Source: Ramazzottius varieornatus (taxonomy: Eukaryota > Animalia > Tardigrada). From it: a stretch of 64,000 nucleotides of DNA. A model generated the notes under the pieces. It was given only the letters and a program-made list of their open reading frames with translations. It was not told the DNA's origin and did no database searches. Location of the stretch: assembly GCA_001949185.1 (NCBI GenBank), contig BDGG01000015.1, positions 191,036 through 255,035 on the forward strand, given 5' to 3'. Numbering within the stretch: position 1 is the first letter of the stretch; each line of letters opens with the position of its first letter. This document shows positions 12,001 through 23,724 of this stretch, piece by piece. Both the position numbers and the translations under genes were made by a program.

Positions 12001-15000
12001 GTCGAGCGCGACAACCGGCACGAAGATGACATCACCGAAGAGGCCGGTGGTCTCCATGTTCCCGTCGTTGAACGATACATCAGCGATAAAGACCAAAAGC
12101 ACGCCACCTCCACAGCAGTGCCACCTTCAACCACCACCATCCCTTGCAAGAACGATACCAAGGAAAGCAAGAAGGCCGCTGCTACCAAAGACGACGACGA
12201 CGACATCACCGTTACCGAAGACGAGGAAGAGGATACCACCGAAGAAACCCTCAAAAAACCTCGCCTGTCCTATAGTGAAGTCTCATACGGCACTGGACAC
12301 GACGTCCAGGAGGACTACCATGACCTCAGCCAAGTCAACAAGACTGACCAGAAAGCCCCAAGTACCGCCGCGACTTCAACTACAACCGAAGATAGTCCCA
12401 AGAAGCCGAGGCTTTCCGACAGCGGGGTGCGTTATGGTACAGGACATGTGGTCATGGAAGACTATCCCGACGCCGACGCGGTCCAGAAGTTACCGGCGCG
12501 GACTGAGGTGAAGGAGGTGACTACTACTACCGCGCCGGGAAGTATGAAGAGGGGAAGGTTGTCCTATGGTGATGTGCCTTACGGTAAGGATCCCCTCTTG
12601 GACGAAGACTACTCAGATGCCGTAGCTACCACCACACCTGCCACCACACCTACCACCACACCTACCACCACACCTACCACTACACCTACCACCACGACGG
12701 CCACTCAGCGACCAATCAGTTCAATCGCACCGAAGGTTGCTTCGATTAAGATTCACTACACGAACGACTCAATGGACGTAGATGTGATGGGCATGGAAGA
12801 CTACGATGAGAGGAGGAATATCAGCCAGATAGGTTCCCAAGGTCCCATTGAAGTACCAGCGGTTAACCCACAGCCTGGACCTTTCCCTCTGCCACCGATG
12901 CAGTATCCGCTCTATCGGGAACCCGTACAATACCAGCCGATCCCGCTGCTACCTCTCCAAGGTGCTGTGCCTGGGCAAGGTGTTCGGTTGAGATACGAGG
13001 AAGGAGTGGCGAAGCCGTTACAGGACGATCAGGAAGACTACGGCGAATGGCAAAGGAGCACGGTGCCGGGCAGGTATCACATGTCGATGCAGCAAGGCTT
13101 GCCACCAAGGGCAGGTGTTGGAGTGACCGGGGCTTTGGGAGGAGACGGCTTCGGGGACTATGATGAGAAACGAATGAGTACGGTACCGATGGAAGTAACG
13201 GGAAGCACTGTTGAGGTGGACAGACCGACTGCAGATCCCACTGCCCGTAAGTCTATCTTGCCTGCTTGACAAACGATCCGGCAAGGATTTGAAATGATGG
13301 AATAAAGTTTGCTTCAAACAGCCAACCGTTTCAATGACTGGAAGAATGTTCTTGTTCTTACCAAGCGGCAATCTGGTCCTTCGGCCAGAATTTGATTTCA
13401 ACGCCTTTTTTTCCTACGATGTAGCTGCGACTGATAGGACGACTTTCGGCATCCGGAGGCTGTGTATTAAAGGGATCTGTCGGCAGAAAAAGTGTGGTCA
13501 GTAGCTTCTTTCTGCCCGCAGATCCCCACAAGCTTCCATCACTAACGGTCCGCTTTGCTGTTGCAGGAACCAAGAAATACATGGTTTCCTCCAAGGAACG
13601 CGTGGCAGCCGTCCTAGGCCTAGCTAAACCTCCTAGCCCGTACCGATGGCGATCCGAGCCTGACTCTCCCGCACCGCCGGCACAACCAGAACGGCCCATC
13701 GGTTACCGTTACCGCTGGCACAAGACCGCCACCTCACCCCAGCCGCGACAGTCACAACCTGACCATCCACAATTACCACCCATATCATACAATCAACCAC
13801 CAGAGTCACAACCTCAATATCCACAGGCGATACCTCAAGCACCATCACCACCACCACCACCACAACAAATACAAAGAGTTCGTCCCGTTGGCTACAGATG
13901 GCGAGGCAAGCAGAGCAAGCCTGTGTCCCCGCCACCACCACCACCACCACCACCACCACAGCCCGCCATGCAACCTCCTGGCCAATCGTGGCCTCAACCT
14001 AGTCCAAACACACCTTTCAGAGATGGTTACCGATGGAGTCATGGTCGGCGATCTGGTGTGTTACCTCCGCCAGCTCCGGTGGTGTCTTTCGAGCCTGTGC
14101 CGGATTGGAGACTTCCGGTGGCGGCACCTCCAAATAACTTCTTCACTGGTCGTCGATGGGGTAAGCCGCTGCTGGAGCGAACGGCTTGGACGTTGACTAG
14201 TCGTACAGAGTATCCATACACCACACCGATGTCGACTCAGAACGAAGGCAAGCCTCTGTTGGAGTTCGACGAGCTGCACGTTACCAAGATGGCCAAGACT
14301 ACCAAGCATGACTGCATGGATCGCGGATGCCAGAACGCCAAAGCATTCAAAACGGACGAGTAAGAATTCACTCTGTTGTTTTAGTATTTTCTTCCAAAAA
14401 TATTTTCGCAACAATATGATTGCTCGGATTAATTGTAAGGGTGAGGAGTCTGTTCTAATCGAAACTGCTGGACTTCGTTGAATATTTTTTCTGGAACGTA
14501 TCTGCAAGTTTTCATGCCATTCTTCTAGAAAGTTCATGATTCACCGTCTTGCAGGTATTCCACATCGGCTTCGTCGGGAAGGACGGTCTCAACATACGCT
14601 GTGTCTTCTTCTAACGCCACCAACGCACTGCGGAGGATTTTTGGAGACAACCACAACAACACCATGTTAGTCCCCTCTGTTGCGCTTTTCTCCTTAAAAC
14701 TTGTGCGTTGTTCCCTTTTTGAGACTGTGGTAGATGGATTCAGTTCACCGAGATCGTTTTTCACGTGGCGCACACTCTCAGCCAATAACAATGAAAACAT
14801 CCCTTCGAAAAAACAACTTTGTCTTGTTTGCTTTCCGAAGTGGCGCACCTTTCCAGTATTGTTGCCGAGAAAGTGCGCCACTTAGGAACTCGACCAGGTT
14901 ATTTTCCCGTATGGCGCACGTTGTCACTGTTATTGAACGAGCGCATGCGCCATTTAAGATAACGATCTAGTGCAATCATTTGACGATGTCCCATTGGTCT

Positions 15001-15896
15001 TGTGGATATCTTCTGAAGTAAAAAATTGTTTTGGCAGGTCGATGAAGGAAGAGACTGTCATGTTTCCCAAGAAAGCTGTGACGGAAGAGCCGATGGTGGT
15101 CCGTACCGTCACTCCATCTACAGATGGAACCACCGAGGCTACCAAGGAAATCACCCTCAAGCAAGCATCCAGCAAGGAAGACCACGATGAAGACCCAAAT
15201 GACCGAAGTGATAATGACTGGGCTATCATCGCTAGCGTGTTGGTCAACAGAACCAAAGTGGATCTCCACAACAGCTCCAGCCACGGTAAAAGATTACAAA
15301 AGCATGTCGGGAAAATATGATTTAGAATGAATCGTAGAAAAATGTTCAGAAATGAGAAAAGTGAAGCAAGGTGAAGCCTCTAGACCAGTTGAGATGGTTC
15401 ATTGGCATAAAGAATGGCTTAATTCTGTAGATTGGTCTGGAAGAATTTTGAACTTTCTATCCGGTGTCATAAATGCAAAATTCTATTGGGAGGAACAGAA
15501 TGAAATGTTTTTGGTTTTACAGAGAAAGGGCAAGCGCTTCGTCGGATCTGTACCCCAGCAATGCGGGTGGAAGACCAGAGTCTGACGCAAACGGTGGACT
15601 GCTCGAAGTACGACATGAGTGAAATCCCGCTGCCAATCGCCGTCAGCTTAGGTAGTGGGTCCTTTAACTACGAGATCGTCGCTCTCAACCAAGGTGGACA
15701 ACATCAAGACAAGTTCTCGGTGGATGAGTCCAATGGGAACCTGTACGCTACAGCGCCCTTCACCAACAGCAACTGTCCTTCACGAGACTTCTTGTGCCCC
15801 AATACGGCCTACAATGTTGTTGTCCGCGTTTACGATGATCTGTGTGATTTCTCCGAGCAAGCTGTTGTTTCTGTTGTCTTCCGTTGTCACGCCTAG
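1..15896 (+). CDS. Giant multi-exon, Ser/Thr/Pro-rich repeat protein (about 50 'EDY' motifs) with a C-terminal cadherin-like domain; 5' end lies outside the window
   Basis: Successive + ORFs join in frame through GT-AG introns at the junctions checked (409-500, 765-1024, 1298-1375, 6152-6396, 10637-11152, 14360-14554, 14666-15037, 15286-15522); the remaining junctions are assumed. The same peptide motif recurs in most exons. The last exon (FNYEIVALNQGGQHQDKFSVDESNGNLY...YNVVVRVYD) follows a cadherin-repeat pattern and stops at 15896. Confidence 0.8.
5334..5625. mobile_element. Mariner-like MITE with TA target-site duplication
   Basis: TA|CGAGGGAAAGGTTGTAAAGTTAGCC ... GGCTACGTTTACAACCTTTACCTCG|TA: imperfect TIRs of about 25 bp. 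Confidence 0.8.
6170..6347 (+). repeat. 178-bp intronic repeat, copy 1 (inverted partner at 10808-10985)
   Basis: Near-identical reverse complement of 10808-10985. Confidence 0.9.
10808..10985 (-). repeat. 178-bp intronic repeat, copy 2
   Basis: Near-identical reverse complement of 6170-6347. Confidence 0.9.
12627..12700 (+). repeat. Coding 12-bp tandem repeat (ACCACCACACCT)n encoding a mucin-like (TTTP)n
   Basis: Visible directly; translation TTTPATTPTTTPTTTPTTTPTTTT. Confidence 0.85.
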
Positions 15897-16159
15897 ATTT
15901 CGGACGGATTTACTTATTAACTGGTTTTTATACTTATGAGTTGTGTTCTTCATCGATGTGAAAGGTCCAATATCTCTCTGAAAAATGTATAAAACTCTGA
16001 CGAGAATGAGACGTCGGCAAAAAACTTACCTCGATCCACTTTCCCAAGTGACGCACTCTCCTATCCAATAACAATGAAAGCCTGCGCCACTTGGGAAAAC
16101 AAGCTGGACGAAATCGGAGAGATGCGCAAGTCAGAAGGCTCTAAAGACTCTGAAAGATC

Positions 16160-16829
16160 TTAGGAGGATAGTGGTACAAGTGGAGTAACGGTCGAAGGTG
16201 GTAAGACAGACTGTTCGCTGGAAAATGGAGAGAACGGACACAGTTCTTTGCAGGGAACATTGCGACAGAGGCCTTCTTCCTGGTCCGCCAGAAGACAGCA
16301 CACGGAGACTATCGACTGTTCCGAAAACGGCGGCGCTCCGGGACAATCTTGACTTGTCCTGCATGGTTTGCCTTTGTGAGCGGGCAAGGAATTTACTGTG
16401 CATTTGTCTGCCACTGAAAAAGACGGCACAGCAGTTAATATAAGCTTTGCGGCTTCTCTTTCAGTATCTTGCACCCAGTGCTCGAAGAGTGGAATAAACG
16501 CACGAAAAAGCGCAATTCATTGTCGTTTCATGACTCTTCGTTACCACTTTCGATACATTTCGAGATAATTAGGGTGCAATTTACCATTGATGCAGACGTT
16601 CATTGAAGAAGAACTGCAGCATTGTAGAACAAAACATTCCGTGGTGCCGCAGTGTCCCGTGCAACCCATAAAGTCCTGCAAACCAGACTTTTTTGGCTAA
16701 TCTAATGCTGGAACAATTGGGCCGATTCCGACTAAAGTTGTTTCAAATGAGAAAACAACTTACCGGACAAGTCTGACTGGCAAATGCAAACATTATGAGG
16801 TAAGCAAGAAGTGGAACATTGGTCAACAT
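16160..16829 (-). CDS. Small secreted cysteine-rich protein (3 exons; WAP/knottin-like Cys pattern)
   Basis: Exon 16829-16764 encodes MLTNVPLLAYLIMFAFASQTCP (signal-peptide-like). Exon 16675-16585 encodes DFMGCTGHCGTTECFVLQCCSSSSMNVCIN. Exon 16413-16160 encodes ADKC...CRTSQDCP...CC...C..C..C. Splice sites are canonical and the phases (0 and 1) match. Confidence 0.75.
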
Positions 16830-17188
16830 GTCAGTTTACAAGTTCCCTTGACCCGAAATCTGCCGTCATAGTTCAACAAAGCATGGATTTCGTGGGTAAA
16901 ATACCCGAGTATCAAAACAGATAGATTTTGGCCAAAACTGGGCGCACACGAGCCGAGGAGTAGTCGATCGTGTTTCTCCAAGTCCACATGGTAAAAGTCC
17001 CCACGTCAATGAACCCAGTCCTTGATAAAATCCGAAATGCAATACATTTGACCCAGATCTTTTGGCGGTCAGTGACAGAACAATCTTTACTGCAAGCAGC
17101 GTCACGTGCGTACTACACCAACCGTACCCGTTTATGCGAAGAGCCTCTCGTTTCCAGACCACGTTCGCTTAGAACATCTCAACCTATC

Positions 17189-20033
17189 ATGGATTTTTTA
17201 AAATACTTTGAACTGGTATTGGCACTTGTCGTGGTGAACTTGGGAAAGCCGAAAGGTAGAGTTCTTTTTATTATTAGAACCTGATTCAATCCGCTAAAAT
17301 TATCGAAAAATCCAGTTCGATGCTATTTTTCAGCTTCCATGGAATGTCGCCTTTGTAAGTAGAAAGTCAAGCTCTGAAATTCTCTTCTGCGTCTTTCGGA
17401 CTGGGTCTGACCGTAGACATTGCTCTGTTCCAGCTTCTGAGCACTCAGGGCCCTCCGATGGGCGTTTACCGCCACTGCAACACTACACGTACCAACCAGA
17501 AATTCCTGGTGAGTTGCTGCCCGTTAAACCAATGTCTCCAGTGCTTCGATTGGGCCGGAAGTAATGCCTAAGTTAGGTCCTCCTAGTTATCAACCAGGAC
17601 AGCAGCACCCACGCGTGGACTGTAAACGAGAAAGCGGATGGACCCGACGGATGCAGACTGACCGTCGGCAGCACCGGCCACGATGCTCGAAAAATCCTGC
17701 CGGCATCATGCAGCGCCTTTGCCAGCACTCACATGTGAGAAACTTTGACGTTACTTCTTGACAATGGTTAGATTGGAAAATTGACTATCGAGCGCTCTCA
17801 CTTGTTGCTTTTTGTACAGAGGACTGTATATTCTCTACGGAACAACCCCGCCACATCGCGGTATTGCGGCTCACAGTCTTCAATGCCGCAACACTCAGCC
17901 CATCAGCGAAGAAATGCTCTTTGTACCAACGTCATCTTTCGTCAAAAAAATTATGGTACGCGTACATCGAACTGCAACTTTCGGACCGCTGTGGCTTTTT
18001 ATACATCCGCCGTGTGTGGCAGGTGTCCGAAAAAGGACCTGATCAACAGAGGGCCTCACTGATCATCATGCTTCACGTGGACGGATATCCTTCTGCCCTT
18101 CAAATTCAAGCAAGTGATCGACGCTTCTGCGCCTTGTCATGTCCCGGCTTTCTGATGACAGTGAACATGAAAAAGCAAGCCTGAGGGAGTTTAGATTGTA
18201 AACTGTAGTCGCACTACAGCAGTTGAACTAAAAAACGATTTGATTTGACGGAAACTACTTAATCAAAACACCGTACTTCCGGGCTATTAGCTACGGTGAC
18301 TTCTAGGGTTAGAGCTAAAAATGATCGGGATAAATCATCCAGTGGCTGACGCAGGCATCGCGACACAGATCTTGTTGCAGACCACTAGAGAGCGCTTTCG
18401 GATATTGCCATGCTCGTTCACTTTTCCTCTCGTCCACGTGACCGATGTGGCGGTAATCGACCACCAGAAAGCCACCTTGGTGGTGTTTGCCCGCGACAAC
18501 CCAGACAGAGCTGCACCGACCAAATATCAGTACGCACCAATGTACCATTCTCCACATGCAGACCGGAACTCCACTCCCTGTGGCTACGTCCCTGTGGAAC
18601 ATACCGTGAAAGTCGACCTGTGGCTACAAGACGGAACCATCAACGCAGTCTTTGTCCAGCAGGTAGCGAACACCCACCGAAGTTTCCTTCGGTTCTTTAC
18701 CATTCGAATGACTGGTAAGAAATGCACGGCTGTGCGATGGAGACAGCAGGCGGTGATGGGCGCGACACCGTGGGAAACCGGCTTACCCATCGACCCTCAA
18801 GTCATCTACCCGTCCAATCTGTTTCCTTTTACGGTGGATAATATTCTCTGTGGTAAGGCATTTCATATCAAAGGCATAAAATTCACAACCTTTTTTTACA
18901 TCACTTATTTTGCTATTTGGAATGCCGGAAAACCGAACGTACTGTACATAAGCGTTATCCGAAGGGCCGCACGCTTCCTGCTGACAGCAACGCAGACGTG
19001 CGCCACTTGTAATGAAACAATCCCCATTTCGTTTGCTCATCTCTTCTTTATTTGACGTTCTGCGATACAGTGGGTTTGAGTTGTTGATTAATCAGGTGTA
19101 TTTGATAGGTGTTCAGGACATAAAAATTATCAAAGTGGGCGAGTCAGTCACCCTGATTGTCGCTGTGTCCAACACACAGTCTTGTCTAGAAAACTCCTGC
19201 AGCGCCGAGGACCATCTGACGTTCGAGCAAGCTAATCCGCACCGCTGTGTTAGTTTCTGCGGATGCCCATACGCCATATCTACCTCGTTCGTCATGCTGT
19301 ACAACCGGGAGTCCAAAAAGTTTGACCTTGACGTGGAGAAGCCCTTATCGTTTCGAACTTTCAAGAAAGGTCCTGATTTGGTAAGACGACGAACTTCCAA
19401 TGCCGAATTTCTCCTCTAAAGGCAATATCTTTTTCTGTGCCCAAATTTAGGCGACGGATATTGAGACCATCGTACTGTCTTGTTGTACGCTCATTCAGCT
19501 ATGCAGTTCAACAGGAGCTTGTGAACTGTACTCCCTCCACATCGATCAGCCAGCACACGCCCTGACTTTGACCCATCTGGCCGATGCTCGCCTTCCTTCC
19601 ATGACACAAGGAAGTGCGGTGAAACTCTGCCCGGAAGGCAGGGCTGTGATCAGCTACACCGATTTCGATTACGAGCAGAACAACCGTAAGTCGCTCGTCC
19701 ATCCTTTTGCCAAGAGAGGAGCGATACTTTGTCAACGTAACTTATGTCGTAGGGGCGAATATTTTCACTATGTCCTGCTGGCAAAAGCGTGAGCTCCAAG
19801 AGAGTGAAGGACGCTTCCATCTCGCTCTGAGCAACGGCTCTGGATCCTACATTCCGGTCTCGGAAAGCCTTCCTGCCAGTAGACCGGTTGGCGCTGTTCA
19901 GCGCTCACTGTTTTACGTCACCAACACCGACAGGCCACCTTTCGCAAATCCCTTCAGCAGGCCTTTTCGTGATGTAGAAAAACAGAATGCTTACAATCGA
20001 TCTTCATTTCCTCATAGACTCAAAGACAACTGA
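17189..20033 (+). CDS. Secreted protein A with a putative EAR/EPTP-like beta-propeller; paralog of 29165-34718
   Basis: Hydrophobic N-terminus MDFLKYFELVLALVVVNLG; multi-exon; colinear similarity to protein B over several exons (HVTDVAV/HLTDVAV, VDLW/VDIW, WRQQAVMG/WQRQPVIG, SFCG..AIS.SFV..KKFD..GPD). Confidence 0.7.
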
Positions 20034-20173
20034 ATATAAAATTCCAAATTTCACAAATCAGTCGTGAATAAATTTGTTAATCTATACTGAGACTTCAAAT
20101 TGTGTGTTCTGCTGGTAGAAAACCATTTAGCTAAAAGGGAAATTTCGTTTGATTTGAAACGGGCCAAAAATTA

Positions 20174-21728
20174 TCAGTTGTCCATGCTTTTGGAAAGTTG
20201 AAGCATCTGACCGCCCAAGAGCATCATCTTTTCCCGCAGGCAACTTAAAGGTTCGTCCCATTCTGACGGCGAGTGGTGTGCGTTCAGTCCCTTGGGACAA
20301 GTGGCGCACTTCCCTTGCATTGGTCCACCTTCACAACATTTCCTCTCGACATCCCGGAGGCTCATGTTATTAAACAGGTGCGCTAGTCGGTCGAACTGTC
20401 CTCCCAGCAGTCCGAGCTTCTCGGTCAAGCAGGCAACCGGCTCTTGCCACTGGAACTGTCCATGATTTTGCATTCTTGCGTCTGAGCGGCAGATACCCGT
20501 AGCCGATCTGCAGACGTCGTTGTCGCACTGCTGAGTCATTCTCCCGTACGGATAAGGCATCTGCTGGCCGAAACCTTTTCCGCACATGGAGTCCAGACAA
20601 CTCAGCGTACCACAGCTTTCGTGGCTATCAATGTAGGCTCTTGGCTGATACCACCTTGCTGAAGCCTGCTCGTTCAACGGTCCGCCCACCGTTAACATCA
20701 TTGACATTTTCCGTTGAATCCTAGCCACCGATTCCGTCATATCCAGACCCTTCTCATCAGGACCGACTGCAGCAGGCTGGCCTTGGGAGATTCCCTGGTT
20801 CGTGCTCATCATGTTTAATCTGGGGCAAGGTGGCCGCGCTTCACCTCGCAGGAACTTACAGCATCCGCGCATGTGGCTGGGCGTCATACTTGGCACTGGT
20901 TGTGGCCCTTGATCATGGCACAGGGACATGGTGCTGTCCAAGGGCGGCCACATACCCCAGTCCATCCACTGCTGGAAGTCCAGTTGAGATCGAGTAAGAT
21001 TAGCCTGTGATTGAGTCGCTGGACCGTGGACGTAAGTCCGGCTGGGCGAATCATTACCCAGGAACATGGAAGGCGTGCTCCATGGTCCAAAGAATTTGGG
21101 TCTCCAGGGTCCCCCAATGTCTTCCAAGAACATGGCTTGTGACTGGCTGATGGGCGTCAGTTGAGGCATGCTAGGGTCGGAGATGCGGGAAGGCACCTGT
21201 GGCAGCGATTGCTGCGACGCCTTTTCCAAGTTTTCCGAAGGTCGAGGCCGAGGTCCAAACTGCCTCTGACTGTGCACCGAGTCTGAGGGTTGGGGCCAAG
21301 AACCCTGTTGGTTGGACATGGACTCGGAGTAACGTCTGAGCAGGCTGGGTCGTTGGACATTACTCTGGTTTGGAGTGGAAGTGGATGCGCGCATCGGGCT
21401 GGTGTTGTTCGACGGCTCGAAAGATGGCATCCAGTTGGTGTGGTTGACGAACCGTTGGTGAGCAGGGCGGGACATTTGTGAGTCGTAAGGTATAACGGCG
21501 TTGTTGGGCGACGGAGAGGGGCCCCGGGGGGATTGACGGTCGTTCCACCGTTCGTGAGCAGGACGAGACATGCTGGGGTCGTACGGCGTAACGGCAAATC
21601 GGCGGTACGGCTTACCGGTGAAACTTTCTCCTGGAACAATGGCCTGGTTCTGCTGGTTCCGATGGTAGTGAGGAAATCGTTCGGTCGAGAAATGCATGAG
21701 GTCGTCTTGAGCGCGGTTCTGAGGCTCT

Positions 21729-21761
<33 letters not shown>

Positions 21762-22715
21762 CGAGCCTGACTTTGCTGTGCAGTCGGTAAAATGGGACTA
21801 GGTGGAGGATGTGGGAAACCCATGGAGGCCTGAGAAGGCAGTCGCGCGTGGCTGCTGAACGGGGTGGGCATTTCGGACTGCATGAACTCCATGGAAGAGG
21901 AGTTGCTCATTAATTGAGGCATTGGATTCTCATTGGCGAACCTCTAAAACCAGAAAGTTCTGTCAGCGCTGTTCCAGTTGCCGATACGCTAACCCTTAGT
22001 CATAAGAAGGGCGGATCATTTTTTTCAAACGATGTCGTACACTGAGTTCGCTCCGCCCTCTCAGGTGGTCGGAAGAAAGCCAAGCCCTCACGTAAAAACT
22101 GCTCTATCGATCATGCAAAGACCGCTGATTTCTTTATTTCATTTTGTGTCATTATTACTTACCCATTCGATCAACCGGTATGAATTGGAATGAGAGGAAG
22201 AGTCAGTCGGCACCATTTTTTTACGATATTTCACCCACCTCCATGTCAGTCGGATGAAATTCTTCTAGCTTTTCCAACACGTGTCGCACTTGCAGCTGCA
22301 CTTCATAGGGGAATGCTCCCGCCAGGGTCTCGACTAACCTGGCCAGCCTCTTACCCACTTCGATCTGCTTCATGACCTCCACATGTAGTCCATAAGCCAT
22401 CTCGTAATAAATCATGCACGTCTGCTGAATATCCTCTCGGTGCTTCTGTTCGTAGCGCAGCGCTCGCTCGGCCGAGCGCACATCCTGCCTCATGGTCTCA
22501 ATTTCATTCAACAAGAACCCATGATCAGCACTGAGTTTCGGTTTCGATACAGATGGACCCAGTCGATCCATGTCGGAGAACATGCGGTTATGGGATACAA
22601 TAGCGTCGGCCATACGCCGCATTCCAGCTTCCCGCTCAGGTGTAATACTGACACCGGGCGCGATTCGCTCCATCCAGAAACGCCGGACCTGCTCGTAAGC
22701 TGTCTGCGAATCCAT
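20174..22715 (-). CDS. Orphan protein: N-terminal coiled-coil exon plus a long Q/P/S/M-rich disordered exon with a Cys-containing, internally duplicated C-terminus
   Basis: 164-aa and 582-aa ORFs on the same strand, separated by an intron-like gap (exact junction uncertain); includes a poly-Q tract. Confidence 0.65.
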
Positions 22716-23047
22716 TTCGTCAGCTTCGATGGAATAGGTCTAATGGTAAAAATACTTCAGCAGAGAATTTCCAGATATTACCAAAGAGGAAGGTCCAAAG
22801 ACCCCGCATGACTTCCGTTTCCATAGGGTCAAAGCAGCCAACCCTTGGTAACAAGCCCACCAGAGGTCAGCACTGGTCGGCGGTTGCATTATGTTCACAC
22901 TATCCAACACTTCCTTCTCCTTCTCGGTGTAGCTAGCTTATGCTCGCTTTGTTCCAACGTGAGAAAAAGAGGGCAGAACGCCAATCCGCTTAACGAGTGT
23001 GCGTTACGATAGAAGTTGTTTGCTCAGAACAAACGAAAATTTCAAAA

Positions 23048-23724
23048 ATGGAGAACAGGGCGGTAAGTGTCAGCCACGAAGACGCGTTACAGTAACTCAT
23101 GCCGGGCACTTCAGCATGTTTCTTCATCCTTCTGACACCGCTAGCGTTGAGATTGACGATAGCTCGTTTGGTATAAACTAACGGAAATGTCAAATTTTCT
23201 CACTGAGGAAGTGCAGCGGCGCTCCATGTTGAATGGTCTCGGCAGCGTGCAAGTCTTCCTTGGCGCCACCAACAGTACCCGAACAGTACCATATCAACGC
23301 TATGCTTTGTAAGTACGATTGCTGCTTGAGCTTAACCAATCGTCCTTTTAAACGTCCTCGTCGTCTATCCCATGAATGTTTTGGGATTATTGCAGCCTTG
23401 AACATCGAAAACGAATCCTGGTACTCCGGCATCTGGATAGGAGTCCTTTTGCTACGGACCGGCTTACTTGCTTTCTCCTATCCTTCGGAAGTTAGACTAC
23501 GCACCCGGATGTCAGTCTGCCTAATTTTCAATATGCTGATGGCTGTCTTATCTTTCGTTGTCGCTGTTCGACTGATAGTCTTGTCCACCAAGTCTAATTT
23601 TCCTCTGGTCACAAAAAGCCTCATGGCGAGCGAATTGGTCAATTCGGTCGTACAGATTCCACTCTGTATGGGGACAGCAGTGATGGCCGCTAAAATTAGA
23701 AATATCCTCGCTTTGGATAACTGA
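23048..23724 (+). CDS. MS4A/CD20-like tetraspan protein copy 1 (divergent; possibly frameshifted pseudogene)
   Basis: RRSMLNGLGSVQVFLG and WYSGIWIG...VCLIFNMLMAVLSF align with copies 2 and 3. Exon phases do not match at 23308/23396. Confidence 0.5.

Noticed and set aside
1-13250. EDY repeats as a sulfakinin/CCK-like neuropeptide precursor
   Set aside because: The repeats lack consistent flanking dibasic cleavage sites and Gly amidation signals.
13633-14196. Poly-His, poly-Val and poly-Trp ORFs
   Set aside because: These are alternative frames or the antisense of the (CCA)n poly-Pro tract in the real exon.
14670-14955. Arrays of GTGGCGCAC repeats with variable spacers as a CRISPR array
   Set aside because: The arms alternate in orientation (dyads), the spacers share a loose consensus, arrays have only 2-4 units inside spliceosomal introns, and there are no cas genes.
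20296-20314. CAAGTGGCGCAC match to the dyad arm
   Set aside because: It is a half-site only, inside coding sequence (GKCATCPK), with no partner arm 27 nt away; probably coincidental.
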